Positions 12,980 through 28,300 of a DNA stretch of 64,000 nucleotides are shown here, one piece after another. The translations under genes were made by a program, and so were the position numbers. The stretch lies in NCBI RefSeq assembly GCF_009914755.1, contig NC_060925.1; one strand, written 5' to 3'. Within the stretch, counting starts at the first letter, position 1, and every line of letters begins with the position of its first letter. The notes under the pieces were generated by a model. It was not told the origin of the DNA. It worked only from the letters and a program-made list of their open reading frames with translations, and did not search any database. Source of the DNA: the human T2T-CHM13v2.0 reference genome, Homo sapiens.

Positions 12980-15900
12980 ATTGCATGGAATCATCATAAA
13001 ATGGAATCGAATGGAATCAACATCAAATGGAATCAAATGGAATCATTGAACGGAATTGAATGGAGTCGTCATCGAATGAATTGAATGCAATCATCGAAAG
13101 GTCTCGAATGGAATCATCTTCAAATGGAATGGAATGGAATCATCGCATAGAGTCGAATGGAATTATCATCGAATGGAATCGAATGGAATCAACCTCAAAC
13201 GGAAAAAAACTGAATTATCGAATGGAATCGAAGAGAATCATCGAATGGACCCGAATGGAATCATCTAATGGAATGGAATGGAATAATCCATGGACTCGAA
13301 TGCAATCATCATCGAATGGAATCGAATGGAATCATCGAGTGGACTCGAATGGAATAATCATTGAACGGAATCGAATGGAATCATCATCGGATGGAAATGA
13401 ATGGAATCATCATCGAATGGAATCGAATAGAATTATGGAATGAAATCCAGTGTGATCATCATCGAATGGACCCGAATGGAATCATCATCCAACGGAAGCT
13501 AATGGAATCAACATCGAATGAATCGAATGGAAACACCATCGAATTGAAACGAATGGAATTATCATGAAATTGAAATGGATGGACTCATCATCGAATGGAT
13601 TCGAATGGAATCATCGAATAAAATTGATTGAAATCATCATCCAATGGAATCGAATGGTATCATTGAATGGAATCGAATGGAATCATCATCAGATGGAAAT
13701 GAATGGAATCGTCATAGAATGGAATCGAATGGATTCATTGAATGGAATCAGATGGAATCATCGAATGGACTGGAATGGAATCATTGAATGGACTCGAAAG
13801 GGATCATGATTGAATGGAATTGAATGGAATCATCGAATGGTCTCGATTGGAATCATTATCAAATGGAATCGAATGGAATCACCGAATAGAATCGAATGGA
13901 ACAATCATCGAATGGACTCAAATGGAATTATCCTCAAATGGAATCGAATGGAATTATCGAATGCAATGGAATGGAATTATCGAATGCAATCGAATAGTAT
14001 CATCGAATGGACTCGAATGGAATCATCGAATGGAATGGAATGGAACAGTCAATGAACTCGAATGGAATCATCATTGAATGGAATCGAATGGAATCATCAA
14101 GTGGAATCGAATGGAATTATGATCAAATGGAATCGAATGTAATCATCATCAAATGGAATCAAAAATAACCATCATCAATTGGTATTGAATGGAATTGTCA
14201 TCAAATGGAATTCAAAGGAATCATCATCAAATGGAACCGAATGGAATCCTCATTGAATGGAAATGAAAGGGGTCATCATCTAATGGAATCGCATGGAATC
14301 ATCATCAAATGGAATCGAATGGAATCATCATCAAATGGAATCTAATGGAATCATTGAACAGAATTGAATGGAATCGTCATCGAATGAATTGAATGCAATC
14401 ATCGAATGGTCTCGAATGGAATCATCTTCTAATGGAAAGGAATGGAATCATCGCATAGAATCGAATGGAATTATCATCGAATGGAATCGAATGGTATCAA
14501 CACCAAACGGAAAAAAACGGAATTATCGAATGGAATCGAAGAGAATCTTCGAACGGACCCGAATGGAATCATCTAATGGAATGGAATGGAATAATCCATG
14601 GACTCGAATGCAATCATCATCGAATGGAATCGAATGGAATCATCGAATGGACTTGAATGGAATAATCATTGAACGGAATCGAATGGAATCATCATCGGAT
14701 GGAAACGAATTGAATCATCATCGAATGGAAATGAAAGGAGTCATCATCTAATGGAATTGCATGGAATCATCATAAAATGGAATCGAATGGAATCAACATC
14801 AAATGGAATCAAATGGAATCATTGAACGGAATTGAATGGAATCGTCATCGAATGAATTGACTGCAATCATCGAATGTTCTCGAATGGAATCATCTTCAAA
14901 TGGAATGGAATGGAATCATCGCATAGAATCGAATGGAATTATCATCGAATGGAATCGAATGGAATCAACATCAAACGGAAAAAAACGGAATTATCGTATG
15001 GAATCGAAGAGAATCATCGAATGGACCCGAATGGAATCATCTAATAGAATGGAATGGAATAATCCATGGACTCGAATGCAATCATCATCGAATGGAATCG
15101 AATGGAATCATCGAATGGACTCGAATGGAATAATCATTGAACGGAATCGAATGGAATCATCATCGGATGGAAATGAATGGAATCATCATCGAATGGAATC
15201 GAATAGAATTATGGAATGAAATCCAGTGTGATCATCATCGAATGGACCCGAGTGGAATCATCATCCAACGGAAGCTAATGGAATCAACATCGAATGAATC
15301 GAATGGAAACACCATCGAATTGAAACGAATGGAATTATCATGAAACTGAAATGGATGGACTCATCATCGAATGGATTCGAATGGAATCATCGAATAAAAT
15401 TGATTGAAATCATCATCCAATGGAATCGAATGGTATCATTGAATGGAATCGAATGGAATCATCATCAGATGGAAATGAATGGAATCGTCATAGAATGGAA
15501 TCGAATGGATTCATTGAATGGAATCAGATGGAATCATCGAATGGACTGGAATGGAATCATTGAATGGACTCGAAAGGGATCATGATTGAATGGAATTGAA
15601 TGGAATCATCGAATGGTCTCGATTGGAATCATTACCAAATGGAATCGAATGGAATCACCGAATAGAATCGAATGGAACAATCATCGAATGGACTCAAATG
15701 GAATTATCCTCAAATGGAATCGAATGGAATTATCGAATGCAATCGAATGGAATTATCGAATGCAATCGAATAGAATCATCGAAAGGATTCGAATGGAATC
15801 ATCGAATGGAATGGAATGGAACAGTCAATGAACTCGAATGGAATCATCATTGAATGGAATCGAATGGAATCATCGAGTGGAATCGAATGGAATTATGATC

Positions 15901-18900
15901 AAATGGAATCGAATGTAATCATCATCAAATGGAATCAAAAATAACCATCATCAATTGGTATTGAATGGAATTGTCATCAAATGGAATTCAAAGGAATCAT
16001 CATCAAATGGAACCGAATGGAATCCTCATTGAATGGAAATGAAAGGGGTCATCATCTAATGGAATCGCATGGAATCATCATCAAATGGAATCGAATGGAA
16101 TCATCATCAAATGGAATCTAATGGAATCATTGAACAGAATTGAATGGAATCGTCATCGAATGAATTGAATGCAATCATCGAATGGTCTCGAATGGAATCA
16201 TCTTCTAATGGAAAGGAATGGAATCATCGCATAGAATCGAATGGAATTATCATCGAATGGAATCGAATGGTATCAACACCAAACGGAAAAAAATGGAATT
16301 ATCGAATGGAATCGAAGAGAATCTTCGAACGGACCCGAATGGAATCATCTAATGGAATGGAATGGAATAATCCATGGACTCGAATGCAATCATCATCGAA
16401 TGGAATCGAATGGAGTCATCGAATGGACTCGAATGCAATAATCATTGAACGGAATCGAATGGAATCATCATCGGATGGAAACGAATGGAATCATCATCGA
16501 ATGGAAATGAAAGGAGTCATCATCTAATGGAATTGCATGGAATCATCATAAAATGGAATCGAATGGAATCAACATCAAATGGAATCAAATGGAATCATTG
16601 AACGGAATTGAATGGAGTCGTCATCGAATGAATTGAATGCAATCATCGAAAGGTCTCGAATGGAATCATCTTCAAATGGAATGGAATGGAATCATCGCAT
16701 AGAGTCGAATGGAATTATCATCGAATGGAATCGAATGGAATCAACCTCAAACGGAAAAAAACTGAATTATCGAATGGAATCGAAGAGAATCATCGAATGG
16801 ACCCGAATGGAATCATCTAATGGAATGGAATGGAATAATCCATGGACTCGAATGCAATCATCATCGAATGGAATCGAATGGAATCATCGAGTGGACTCGA
16901 ATGGAATAATCATTGAACGGAATCGAATGGAATCATCATCGGATGGAAATGAATGGAATCATCATCGAATGGAATCGAATAGAATTATGGAATGAAATCC
17001 AGTGTGATCATCATCGAATGGACCCGAATGGAATCATCATCCAACGGAAGCTAATGGAATCAACATCGAATGAATCGAATGGAAACACCATCGAATTGAA
17101 ACGAATGGAATTATCATGAAATTGAAATGGATGGACTCATCATCGAATGGATTCGAATGGAATCATCGAATAAAATTGATTGAAATCATCATCCAATGGA
17201 ATCGAATGGTATCATTGAATGGAATCGAATGGAATCATCATCAGATGGAAATGAATGGAATCGTCATAGAATGGAATCGAATGGATTCATTGAATGGAAT
17301 CAGATGGAATCATCGAATGGACTGGAATGGAATCATTGAATGGACTCGAAAGGGATCATGATTGAATGGAATTGAATGGAATCATCGAATGGTCTCGATT
17401 GGAATCATTATCAAATGGAATCGAATGGAATCACCGAATAGAATCGAATGGAACAATCATCGAATGGACTCAAATGGAATTATCCTCAAATGGAATCGAA
17501 TGGAATTATCGAATGCAATGGAATGGAATTATCGAATGCAATCGAATAGTATCATCGAATGGACTCGAATGGAATCATCGAATGGAATGGAATGGAACAG
17601 TCAATGAACTCGAATGGAATCATCATTGAATGGAATCGAATGGAATCATCAAGTGGAATCGAATGGAATTATGATCAAATGGAATCGAATGTAATCATCA
17701 TCAAATGGAATCAAAAATAACCATCATCAATTGGTATTGAATGGAATTGTCATCAAATGGAATTCAAAGGAATCATCATCAAATGGAACCGAATGGAATC
17801 CTCATTGAATGGAAATGAAAGGGGTCATCATCTAATGGAATCGCATGGAATCATCATCAAATGGAATCGAATGGAATCATCATCAAATGGAATCTAATGG
17901 AATCATTGAACAGAATTGAATGGAATCGTCATCGAATGAATTGAATGCAATCATCGAATGGTCTCGAATGGAATCATCTTCTAATGGAAAGGAATGGAAT
18001 CATCGCATAGAATCGAATGGAATTATCATCGAATGGAATCGAATGGTATCAACACCAAACGGAAAAAAACGGAATTATCGAATGGAATCGAAGAGAATCT
18101 TCGAACGGACCCGAATGGAATCATCTAATGGAATGGAATGGAATAATCCATGGACTCGAATGCAATCATCATCGAATGGAATCGAATGGAATCATCGAAT
18201 GGACTTGAATGGAATAATCATTGAACGGAATCGAATGGAATCATCATCGGATGGAAACGAATTGAATCATCATCGAATGGAAATGAAAGGAGTCATCATC
18301 TAATGGAATTGCATGGAATCATCATAAAATGGAATCGAATGGAATCAACATCAAATGGAATCAAATGGAATCATTGAACGGAATTGAATGGAATCGTCAT
18401 CGAATGAATTGACTGCAATCATCGAATGTTCTCGAATGGAATCATCTTCAAATGGAATGGAATGGAATCATCGCATAGAATCGAATGGAATTATCATCGA
18501 ATGGAATCGAATGGAATCAACATCAAACGGAAAAAAACGGAATTATCGTATGGAATCGAAGAGAATCATCGAATGGACCCGAATGGAATCATCTAATAGA
18601 ATGGAATGGAATAATCCATGGACTCGAATGCAATCATCATCGAATGGAATCGAATGGAATCATCGAATGGACTCGAATGGAATAATCATTGAACGGAATC
18701 GAATGGAATCATCATCGGATGGAAATGAATGGAATCATCATCGAATGGAATCGAATAGAATTATGGAATGAAATCCAGTGTGATCATCATCGAATGGACC
18801 CGAGTGGAATCATCATCCAACGGAAGCTAATGGAATCAACATCGAATGAATCGAATGGAAACACCATCGAATTGAAACGAATGGAATTATCATGAAACTG

Positions 18901-20140
18901 AAATGGATGGACTCATCATCGAATGGATTCGAATGGAATCATCGAATAAAATTGATTGAAATCATCATCCAATGGAATCGAATGGTATCATTGAATGGAA
19001 TCGAATGGAATCATCATCAGATGGAAATGAATGGAATCGTCATAGAATGGAATCGAATGGATTCATTGAATGGAATCAGATGGAATCATCGAATGGACTG
19101 GAATGGAATCATTGAATGGACTCGAAAGGGATCATGATTGAATGGAATTGAATGGAATCATCGAATGGTCTCGATTGGAATCATTACCAAATGGAATCGA
19201 ATGGAATCACCGAATAGAATCGAATGGAACAATCATCGAATGGACTCAAATGGAATTATCCTCAAATGGAATCGAATGGAATTATCGAATGCAATCGAAT
19301 GGAATTATCGAATGCAATCGAATAGAATCATCGAAAGGATTCGAATGGAATCATCGAATGGAATGGAATGGAACAGTCAATGAACTCGAATGGAATCATC
19401 ATTGAATGGAATCGAATGGAATCATCGAGTGGAATCGAATGGAATTATGATCAAATGGAATCGAATGTAATCATCATCAAATGGAATCAAAAATAACCAT
19501 CATCAATTGGTATTGAATGGAATTGTCATCAAATGGAATTCAAAGGAATCATCATCAAATGGAACCGAATGGAATCCTCATTGAATGGAAATGAAAGGGG
19601 TCATCATCTAATGGAATCGCATGGAATCATCATCAAATGGAATCGAATGGAATCATCATCAAATGGAATCTAATGGAATCATTGAACAGAATTGAATGGA
19701 ATCGTCATCGAATGAATTGAATGCAATCATCGAATGGTCTCGAATGGAATCATCTTCTAATGGAAAGGAATGGAATCATCGCATAGAATCGAATGGAATT
19801 ATCATCGAATGGAATCGAATGGTATCAACACCAAACGGAAAAAAATGGAATTATCGAATGGAATCGAAGAGAATCTTCGAACGGACCCGAATGGAATCAT
19901 CTAATGGAATGGAATGGAATAATCCATGGACTCGAATGCAATCATCATCGAATGGAATCGAATGGAGTCATCGAATGGACTCGAATGCAATAATCATTGA
20001 ACGGAATCGAATGGAATCATCATCGGATGGAAACGAATGGAATCATCATCGAATGGAAATGAAAGGAGTCATCATCTAATGGAATTGCATGGAATCATCA
20101 TAAAATGGAATCGAATGGAATCAACATCAAATGGAATCAA
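12980..20140 (+). repeat. Near-perfect tandem duplication of a 3552-bp two-unit block
   Basis: Many private SNVs recur at +3552 (ORF pairs 13060/16612, 13810/17362, 14368/17920, 14836/18388, 15586/19138 and 16144/19696 translate identically). Confidence 0.92.
14368..16143 (+). repeat. Representative full-length 1776-bp unit (phase set at the A-subrepeat anchor ATGGAATCGTCATCGAATGAATTGAATGC)
   Basis: Next anchor is at 16144. Contains once-per-unit landmarks GAAATCCAGTGTG, CAACGGAAGCT, GGAACAGTCAATG, CAAAAATAACC and GGAATTCAAAGG. Confidence 0.95.
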
Positions 20141-21471
20141 ACGGAATCATTGAACGGAATTGAATGGAATCGTCATCGAATGAATTGACTGCAATCATCG
20201 AATGGTCTCGAATGGAATCATCTTCAAATGGAATGGAATGGAATCATCGCATAGAATCGAATGGAATTATCATCGAATGGAATCGAATGGAATCAACATC
20301 AAACGGAAAAAAACAGAATTATCGTATGGAATCTAAGAGAATCATCGAATGGACCCGAATGGAATCATCTAATGGAATGGAATGGAATAATCCATGGACT
20401 CGAATGCAATCATCATCGAATGGAATCGAATGGAATCATCGAATGGACTCGAATGGAATAATCATTGAACGGAATCGAATGGAATCATCATCGGATGGAA
20501 ATGAATGGAATCATCATCGAATGGAATCGAATAGAATTATGGAATGAAATCCAGTGTGATCATCATCGAATGGACCCGAATGGAATCATCATCCAACGGA
20601 AGCTAATGCAATCAACATCGAATGAATCGAATGGAAACACCATCGAATTGAAACGAATGGAATTATCATGAAATTGAAACGGATGGACACATCATCGAAT
20701 GGATTCGAATGGAATCATCGAATAAAATTGATTGAAATCATCATCCAATGGAATCGAATGGTATCATTGAATGGAATCGAATGGAATCATCATCAGATGG
20801 AAATGAATGGAATCGTCATAGAATGGAATCGAATGGATTCATTGAATGGAATCAGATGGAATCATCGAATGGACTGGAATGGAATCATTGAATGGACTCG
20901 AAAGGGATCATGATTGAATGGAATTGAATGGAATCATCGAATGGTCTCGATTGGAATCATTATCAAATGGAATCGAATGGAATCACCGAATAGAATCGAA
21001 TGGAACAATCATCGAATGGACTCAAATGGAATTATCCTCCAATGGAATCGAATGGAATTATCGAATGCAATCGAATGGAATTATCGAATGCAATCGAATA
21101 GAATGATCGAATGGACTCGAATGGAATCATCGAATGGAATGGAATGGAACAGTCAATGAACTCGAATGGAATCATCATTGAATGGAATCGAATGGAATCA
21201 TCGAGTGGAATCGAATGGAATTATGATCAAATGGAATCGAATGTAATCATCATCAAATGGAATCAAAAATAACCATCATCAATTGGTAATGAATGGAATT
21301 GTCATCAAATGGAATTCAAAGGAATCATCATCAAATGGAACCGAATGGAATCCTCATTGAATGGAAATGAAAGGGGTCATCATCTAATGGAATCGCATGG
21401 AATCATCATCAAATGGAATCGAATGGAATCATCATCAAATGGAATCTAATGGAATCATTGAACAGAATTGA

Positions 21472-24400
21472 ATGGAATCGTCATCGAATGAATTGAATGC
21501 AATCATCGAATGGTCTCGAATGGAATCATCTTCTAATGGAAAGGAATGGAATCATCGCATAGAATCGAATGGAATTATCATCGAATGGAATCGAATGGTA
21601 TCAACACCAAACGGAAAAAAATGGAATTATCGAATGGAATCGAAGAGAATCTTCGAACGGACCCGAATGGAATCATCTAATGGAATGGAATGGAATAATC
21701 CATGGACTCGAATGCAATCATCATCGAATGGAATCGAATGGAATCATCGAATGGACTCGAATGGAATAATCATTGAACGGAATCGAATGGAATCATCATC
21801 GGATGGAAATGAATGGAATCATCATCGAATGGAATCGAATAGAATTATGGAATGAAATCCAGTGTGATCATCATCGAATGGACCCGAATGGAATCATCAT
21901 CCAACGGAAGCTAATGGAATCAACATCGAATGAATCAAATGGAAACACCATCGAATTGAAACGAATGGAATTATCATGAAATTGAAATGGATGGACTCAT
22001 CATCGAATGGATTCGAATGGAATCATCGAATAAAATTGATTGAAATCATCATCGAATGGAATCGAATGGTATCATTGAATGGAATCGAATGGAATCATCA
22101 TCAGATGGAAATGAATGGAATCGTCATAGAATGGAATCGAATGGATTCATTGAATGGAATCAGATGGAATCATCGAATGGACTGGAATGGAATCATTGAA
22201 TGGACTCGAAAGGGATTATTATTGAATGGAATTGAATGGAATCATTGAATGGTCTCGATTGGAATCATTTTCAAATGGAATCGAATGGAATCACCGAATA
22301 GAATCGAATGGAACAATCATCGAATGGACTCAAATGGAATTATCCTCAAATGGAATCGAATGGAATTATCGAATGAAATCGAATGGAATTATCGAATGCA
22401 ATCGAATAGAATCATCGAATGGACTCGAATGGAATCATCGAATGGAATGGAATGGAACAGTCAATGAACTCGAATGGAATCATCATTGAATGGAATCGAA
22501 TGGAATCATCGAGTGGAATCGAACGGAATTATGATCAAATGGAATCGAATGAAATCATCATCAAATGGAATCAAAAATAACCATCATCAATTGGTATTGA
22601 ATGGAATTGTCATCAAATGGAATTCAAAGGAATCATCATCAAATGGAACCGAATGGAATCCTCATTGAATGGAAATGAAAGGTGTCATCATCTAATGGAA
22701 TTGCATGGAATCATCATAAAATGGAATCGAATGGAATCAACATCAAATGGAATCAAATGTAATCATTGAACGGAATTGAATGGAATCGTCATAGAAAGAA
22801 TTGAATGCAATCATCGAATGGTCTCGAATGGAATCAACTTCAAATGGAATGGAATGGAATCATCGCATAGAATCGAATGGAATTATCATCGAATGGAATC
22901 GAATGGAATCAACATCAATCGGAAAAAAACGGAATTATCGAATGGAATCGAAGAGAATCATCGAATGGACCCGAATGGAATCATCTAATGGTATGGAATG
23001 GAATAATCCATGGACTCGAATGCAATCATCATCAAATGGAATCGAATGGAATCATCGAATGGATTCGAATGGAATAATCATTGAACGGAATCGAATGGAA
23101 TCATCATCGGATGGTAATGAATGGAATCATCATCGAATGGAATCGAATAGAATTATGGAATGAAATCCAGTGTGATCATCATCGAATGGACCCGAATGGA
23201 ATCATCATCCAACGGAAGCTAATGGAATCAACATCGAATGAATCAAATGGAAACACCATCGAATTGAAACGAATGGAATTACCATGAAATTGAAATGGAT
23301 GGACTCATCATCGAATGGATTCGAATGGAATCATCGAATAAAATTGATTGAATTCATCATCGAATGGAATCGAATGGTATCATTGAATGGAATCGAATGG
23401 AATCATCATCAGATGGAAATGAATGGAATCGTCATAGAATGGAATCGAATGGATTCATTGAATGGAATCAGAACGAATCATCGAATGGACTGGAATGGAA
23501 TCATTGAATGGACTCGAAAGGGATCATGATTGAATGGAATTGAATGGAATCATCGAATGGTCTCAATTGGAATCATTATCAAATGCAATCGAATGGAATC
23601 ACCGAATAGAATCGAATGGAACAATCATCGAATGGACTCAAATCGAATTATCCTCCAATGGAATCGAATGGAATTATCGAATGCAATCGAATGGAATTAT
23701 CGAATGCAATCGAATAGAATCATCGAATGGACTCGAATGGAATCATCGAATGGAATGGAATGGAACAGTCAATGAACTCGAATGGAATCATCATTGAATG
23801 GAATCGAATGGAATCATCGAGTGGAATCGAATGGAATTATGATCAAATGGAATCGAATGTAATCCTCATCAAATGGATTCAAAAATAACCATCATCAATT
23901 GGTATTGAATGGAATTGTCATCAAATGGAATTCAAAGGAATCATCATCAAATGGAACCGAATGGAATCCTCATTGAATGGAAATGAAAGGGGTCATCATC
24001 TAATGGAATCGCATGGAATCATCATCAAATGGAATCGAATGGAATCATCATCAAATGGAATCTAATGGAATCATTGAAAAGAATTGAATGGAATCGTCAT
24101 CGAATGAATTGAATGCAATCATCGAATGGTCTCGAATGGAATCATCTTCTAATGGGAAGGAATGGAATCATCGCATAGAATCGAATGGAATTATCATCGA
24201 ATGGAATCGAATGGTATCAACACCAAACGGAAAAAAACGGAATTATCGAATGGAATCGAAGAGAATCTTCGAACGGACCCGAATGGAATCATCTAATGGA
24301 ATGGAATGGAATAATCCATGGACTCGAATGCAATCATCATCGAATGGAATCGAATGGAATCATCGAATGGACTCGAATGGAATAATCATTGAACGGAATC

Positions 24401-25362
24401 GAATGGAATCATCATCGGATGGAAATGAATGGAATCATCATCGAATGGAATCGAATAGAATTATGGAATGAAATCCAGTGTGATCATCATCGAATGGACC
24501 CGAATGGAATCATCATCCAACGGAAGCTAATGGAATCAACATCGAATGAATCGAATGGAAACACCATCGAATTGAAACGAATGGAATTATCATGAAATTG
24601 AAATGGATGGACTCATCATCGAATGGATTCGAATGGAATCATCGAATAAAATTGATTGAAATCATCATCGAATGGAATCGAATGGTATCATTGAATGGAA
24701 TCATCATCAGATGGAAATGAATGGAATCGTCATAGAATGGAATCGAATGGATTCATTGAATGGAATCAGATGGAATCATCGAATGGACTGGAATGGAATC
24801 ATTGAATGGACTCGAAAGGGATCATTATTGAATGGAATTGAATGGAATCATCGAATGGTCTCGATTGGAATCATTATCAAATGGAAACGAATGGAATCAC
24901 CGAATAGAATCGAATGGAACAATCATCGAATGGACTCAAATGGAATCATCCTCAAATGGAATGGAATGGAATTATCGAATGCAATCGAATAGAATCATCG
25001 AATGGACTCGAATGGAATCATCGAATGGAATGGAATGGAACAGTCAATGAACTCGAATGGAATCATCATTGAATGGAATCGAATGGAATCATCGAGTGGA
25101 ATCGAATGGAATTATGATCAAATGGAATCGAATGTAATCATCATCAAATGGAATCAAAAATAACCATCATCAATTGGTATTGAATGGAATTGTCATCAAA
25201 TGGAATTCAAAGGAATCATCATCAAATGGAACCGAATGGAATCCTCATTGAATGGAAATGAAAGGGGTCATCATCTAATGGAATCGCATGGAATCATCAT
25301 CAAATGGAATCGAATGGAATCATCATCAAATGGAATCTAATGGAATCATTGAACAGAATTGA
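21472..25362 (+). repeat. Three consecutive short units with only one 468-bp subrepeat (1308, 1308, 1275 bp)
   Basis: Anchors at 21472, 22780, 24088 and 25363; only one AAAAAA tract and one TAATCCATGG landmark per unit. Confidence 0.9.
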
Positions 25363-28300
25363 ATGGAATCGTCATCGAATGAATTGAATGCAATCATCGA
25401 ATGGTCTCGAATGGAATCATCTTCTAATGGAAAGGAATGGAATCATCGCATAGAATCGAATGGAATTATCATCGAATGGAATCGAATGGTATCAACACCA
25501 AACGGAAAAAAACGGAATTATCGAATGGAATCGAAGAGAATCTTCGAACGGACCCGAATGGAATCATCTAATGGAATGGAATGGAATAATCCATGGACTC
25601 GAATGCAATCATCATCGAATGGAATCGAATGGAGTCATCGAATGGACTCGAATGGAATAATCATTGAACGGAATCGAATGGAATCATCATCGGATGGAAA
25701 CGAATGGAATCATCATCGAATGGAAATGAAAGGAGTCATCATCTAATGGAATTGCATGGAATCATCATAAAATGGAATCGAATGGAATCAACATCAAATG
25801 GAATCAAATGGAATCGTTGAACGGAATTGAATGGAATCGTCATCGAATGAATTGACTGCAATCATCGAATGGTCTCGAATGGAATCATCTTCAAATGGAA
25901 TGGAATGGAATCATCGCATAGAATCGAATGGAATTATCATCGAATGGAATCAAATGGAATCAACATCAAACGGAAAAAAACAGAATTATCGTATGGAATC
26001 GAAGAGAATCATCGAATGGACCCGAATGGAATCATCTAATGGAATGGAATGGAATAATCCATGGACTCGAATGCAATCATCATCGAATGGAATCGAATGG
26101 AATCATCGAATGGACTCGAATGGAATAATCATTGAACGGAATCGAATGGAATCATCATCGGATGGAAATGAATGGAATCATCATCGAATGGAATCGAATA
26201 GAATTATGGAATGAAATCCAGTGTGATCATCATCGAATGGACCCGAATGGAATCATCATCCAACGGAAGCTAATGGAATCAACATCGAATGAATCGAATG
26301 GAAACACCATCGAATTGAAACGAATGGAATTATCATGAAATTGAAATGGATGGACACATCATCGAATGGATTCGAATGGAGTCATCGAATAAAATTGATT
26401 GAAATCATCATCAAATGGAATCGAATGGTATCATTGAATGGAATCGAATGGAATCATCATCAGATGGAAATGAATGGAATCGTCATAGAATGGAATCGAA
26501 TGGATTCATTGAATGGAATCAGATGGAATCATCGAATGGACTGGAATGGAATCATTGAATGGACTCGAAAGGGATCATTATTGAATGGAATTGAATGGAA
26601 TCATCGAATGGTCTCGATTGGAATCATTATCAAATGGAATCGAATGGAATCACCGAATAGAATCGAATGGAACAATCATCGAATGGACTCAAATGGAATT
26701 ATCCTCCAATGGAATCGAATGGAATTATCGAATGCAATCGAATGGAATTATCGAATGCAATCGAATAGAATCATCGAATGGACTCGAATGGAATCATCGA
26801 ATGGAATGGAATGGAACAGTCAATGAACTCGAATGGAATCATCATTGAATGGAATCGAATGGAATCATCGAGTGGAATCGAATGGAATTATGATCAAATG
26901 GAATCGAATGTAATCATCATCAAATGGAATCAAAAATAACCATCATCAATTGGTATTGAATGGAATTGTCATCAAATGGAATTCAAAGGAATCATCATCA
27001 AATGGAACCGAATGGAATCCTCATTGAATGGAAATGAAAGGGGTCATCATCTAATGGAATCGCATGCAATCATCATCAAATGGAATCGAATGGAATCATC
27101 ATCAAATGGAATCTAATGGAATCATTGAACAGAATTGAATGGAATCGTCATCGAATGAATTGAATGCAATCATCGAATGGTCTCGAATGGAATCATCTTC
27201 TAATGGAAAGGAATGGAATCATCGCATAGAATCGAATGGAATTATCATCGAATGGAATCGAATGGTATCAACACCAAACGGAAAAAAACGGAATTATCGA
27301 ATGGAATCGAAGAGAATCTTCGAACGGACCCGAATGGAATCATCTAATGGAATGGAATGGAATAATCCATGGACTCGAATGCAATCATCATCGAATGGAA
27401 TCGAATGGAATCATCGAATGGACTCGAATGGAATAATCATTGAACGGAATCGAAAGGAATCATCATCGGATGGAAATGAATGGAATCATCATCGAATGGA
27501 AATGAAAGGAGTCATCATCTAATGGAATTGCATGGAATCATCATAAAATGGAATCGAATGGAATCAACATCAAATGGAATCAAATGGAATCATTGAACGG
27601 AATTGAATGGAATCGTCATCGAATGAATTGACTGCAATCATCGAATGGTCTCGAATGGAATCATCTTCAAATGGAATGGAATGGAATCATCGCATAGAAT
27701 CGAATGGAATTATCATCGAATGGAATCGAATGGAATCAACATCAAACGGAAAAAAACGGAATTATCGAATGGAATCGAAGAGAATCATCGAATGGACCCG
27801 AATGGAATCATCTAATGGAATGGAATGGAATAATCCATGGACTCGAATGCAATCATCATCGAATGGAATCGAATGGAATCATCGAATGGACTCGAATGGA
27901 ACAATCATTGAACGGAATCGAATGGAATCACCATCGGATGGAAATGAATGGAATCATCATCGAATGGAATCGAATAGAATTATGGAATGAAATCCAGTGT
28001 GATCATCATCGAATGGACCCGAATGGAATCATCATCCAACGGAAGCTAATGGAATCAACATCGAATGAATCGAATGGAAACACCATCGAATTGAAACGAA
28101 TGGAATTATCATGAAATTGAAATGGATGGACTCATCATCGAATGGATTCGAATGGAATCATCGAATAAAATTGATTGAAATCATCATCCAATGGAATCGA
28201 ATGGTATCATTGAATGGAATCGAATGGAATCATCATCAGATGGAAATGAATGGAATCGTCATAGAATGGAATCGAATGGATTCATTGAATGGAATCAGAT

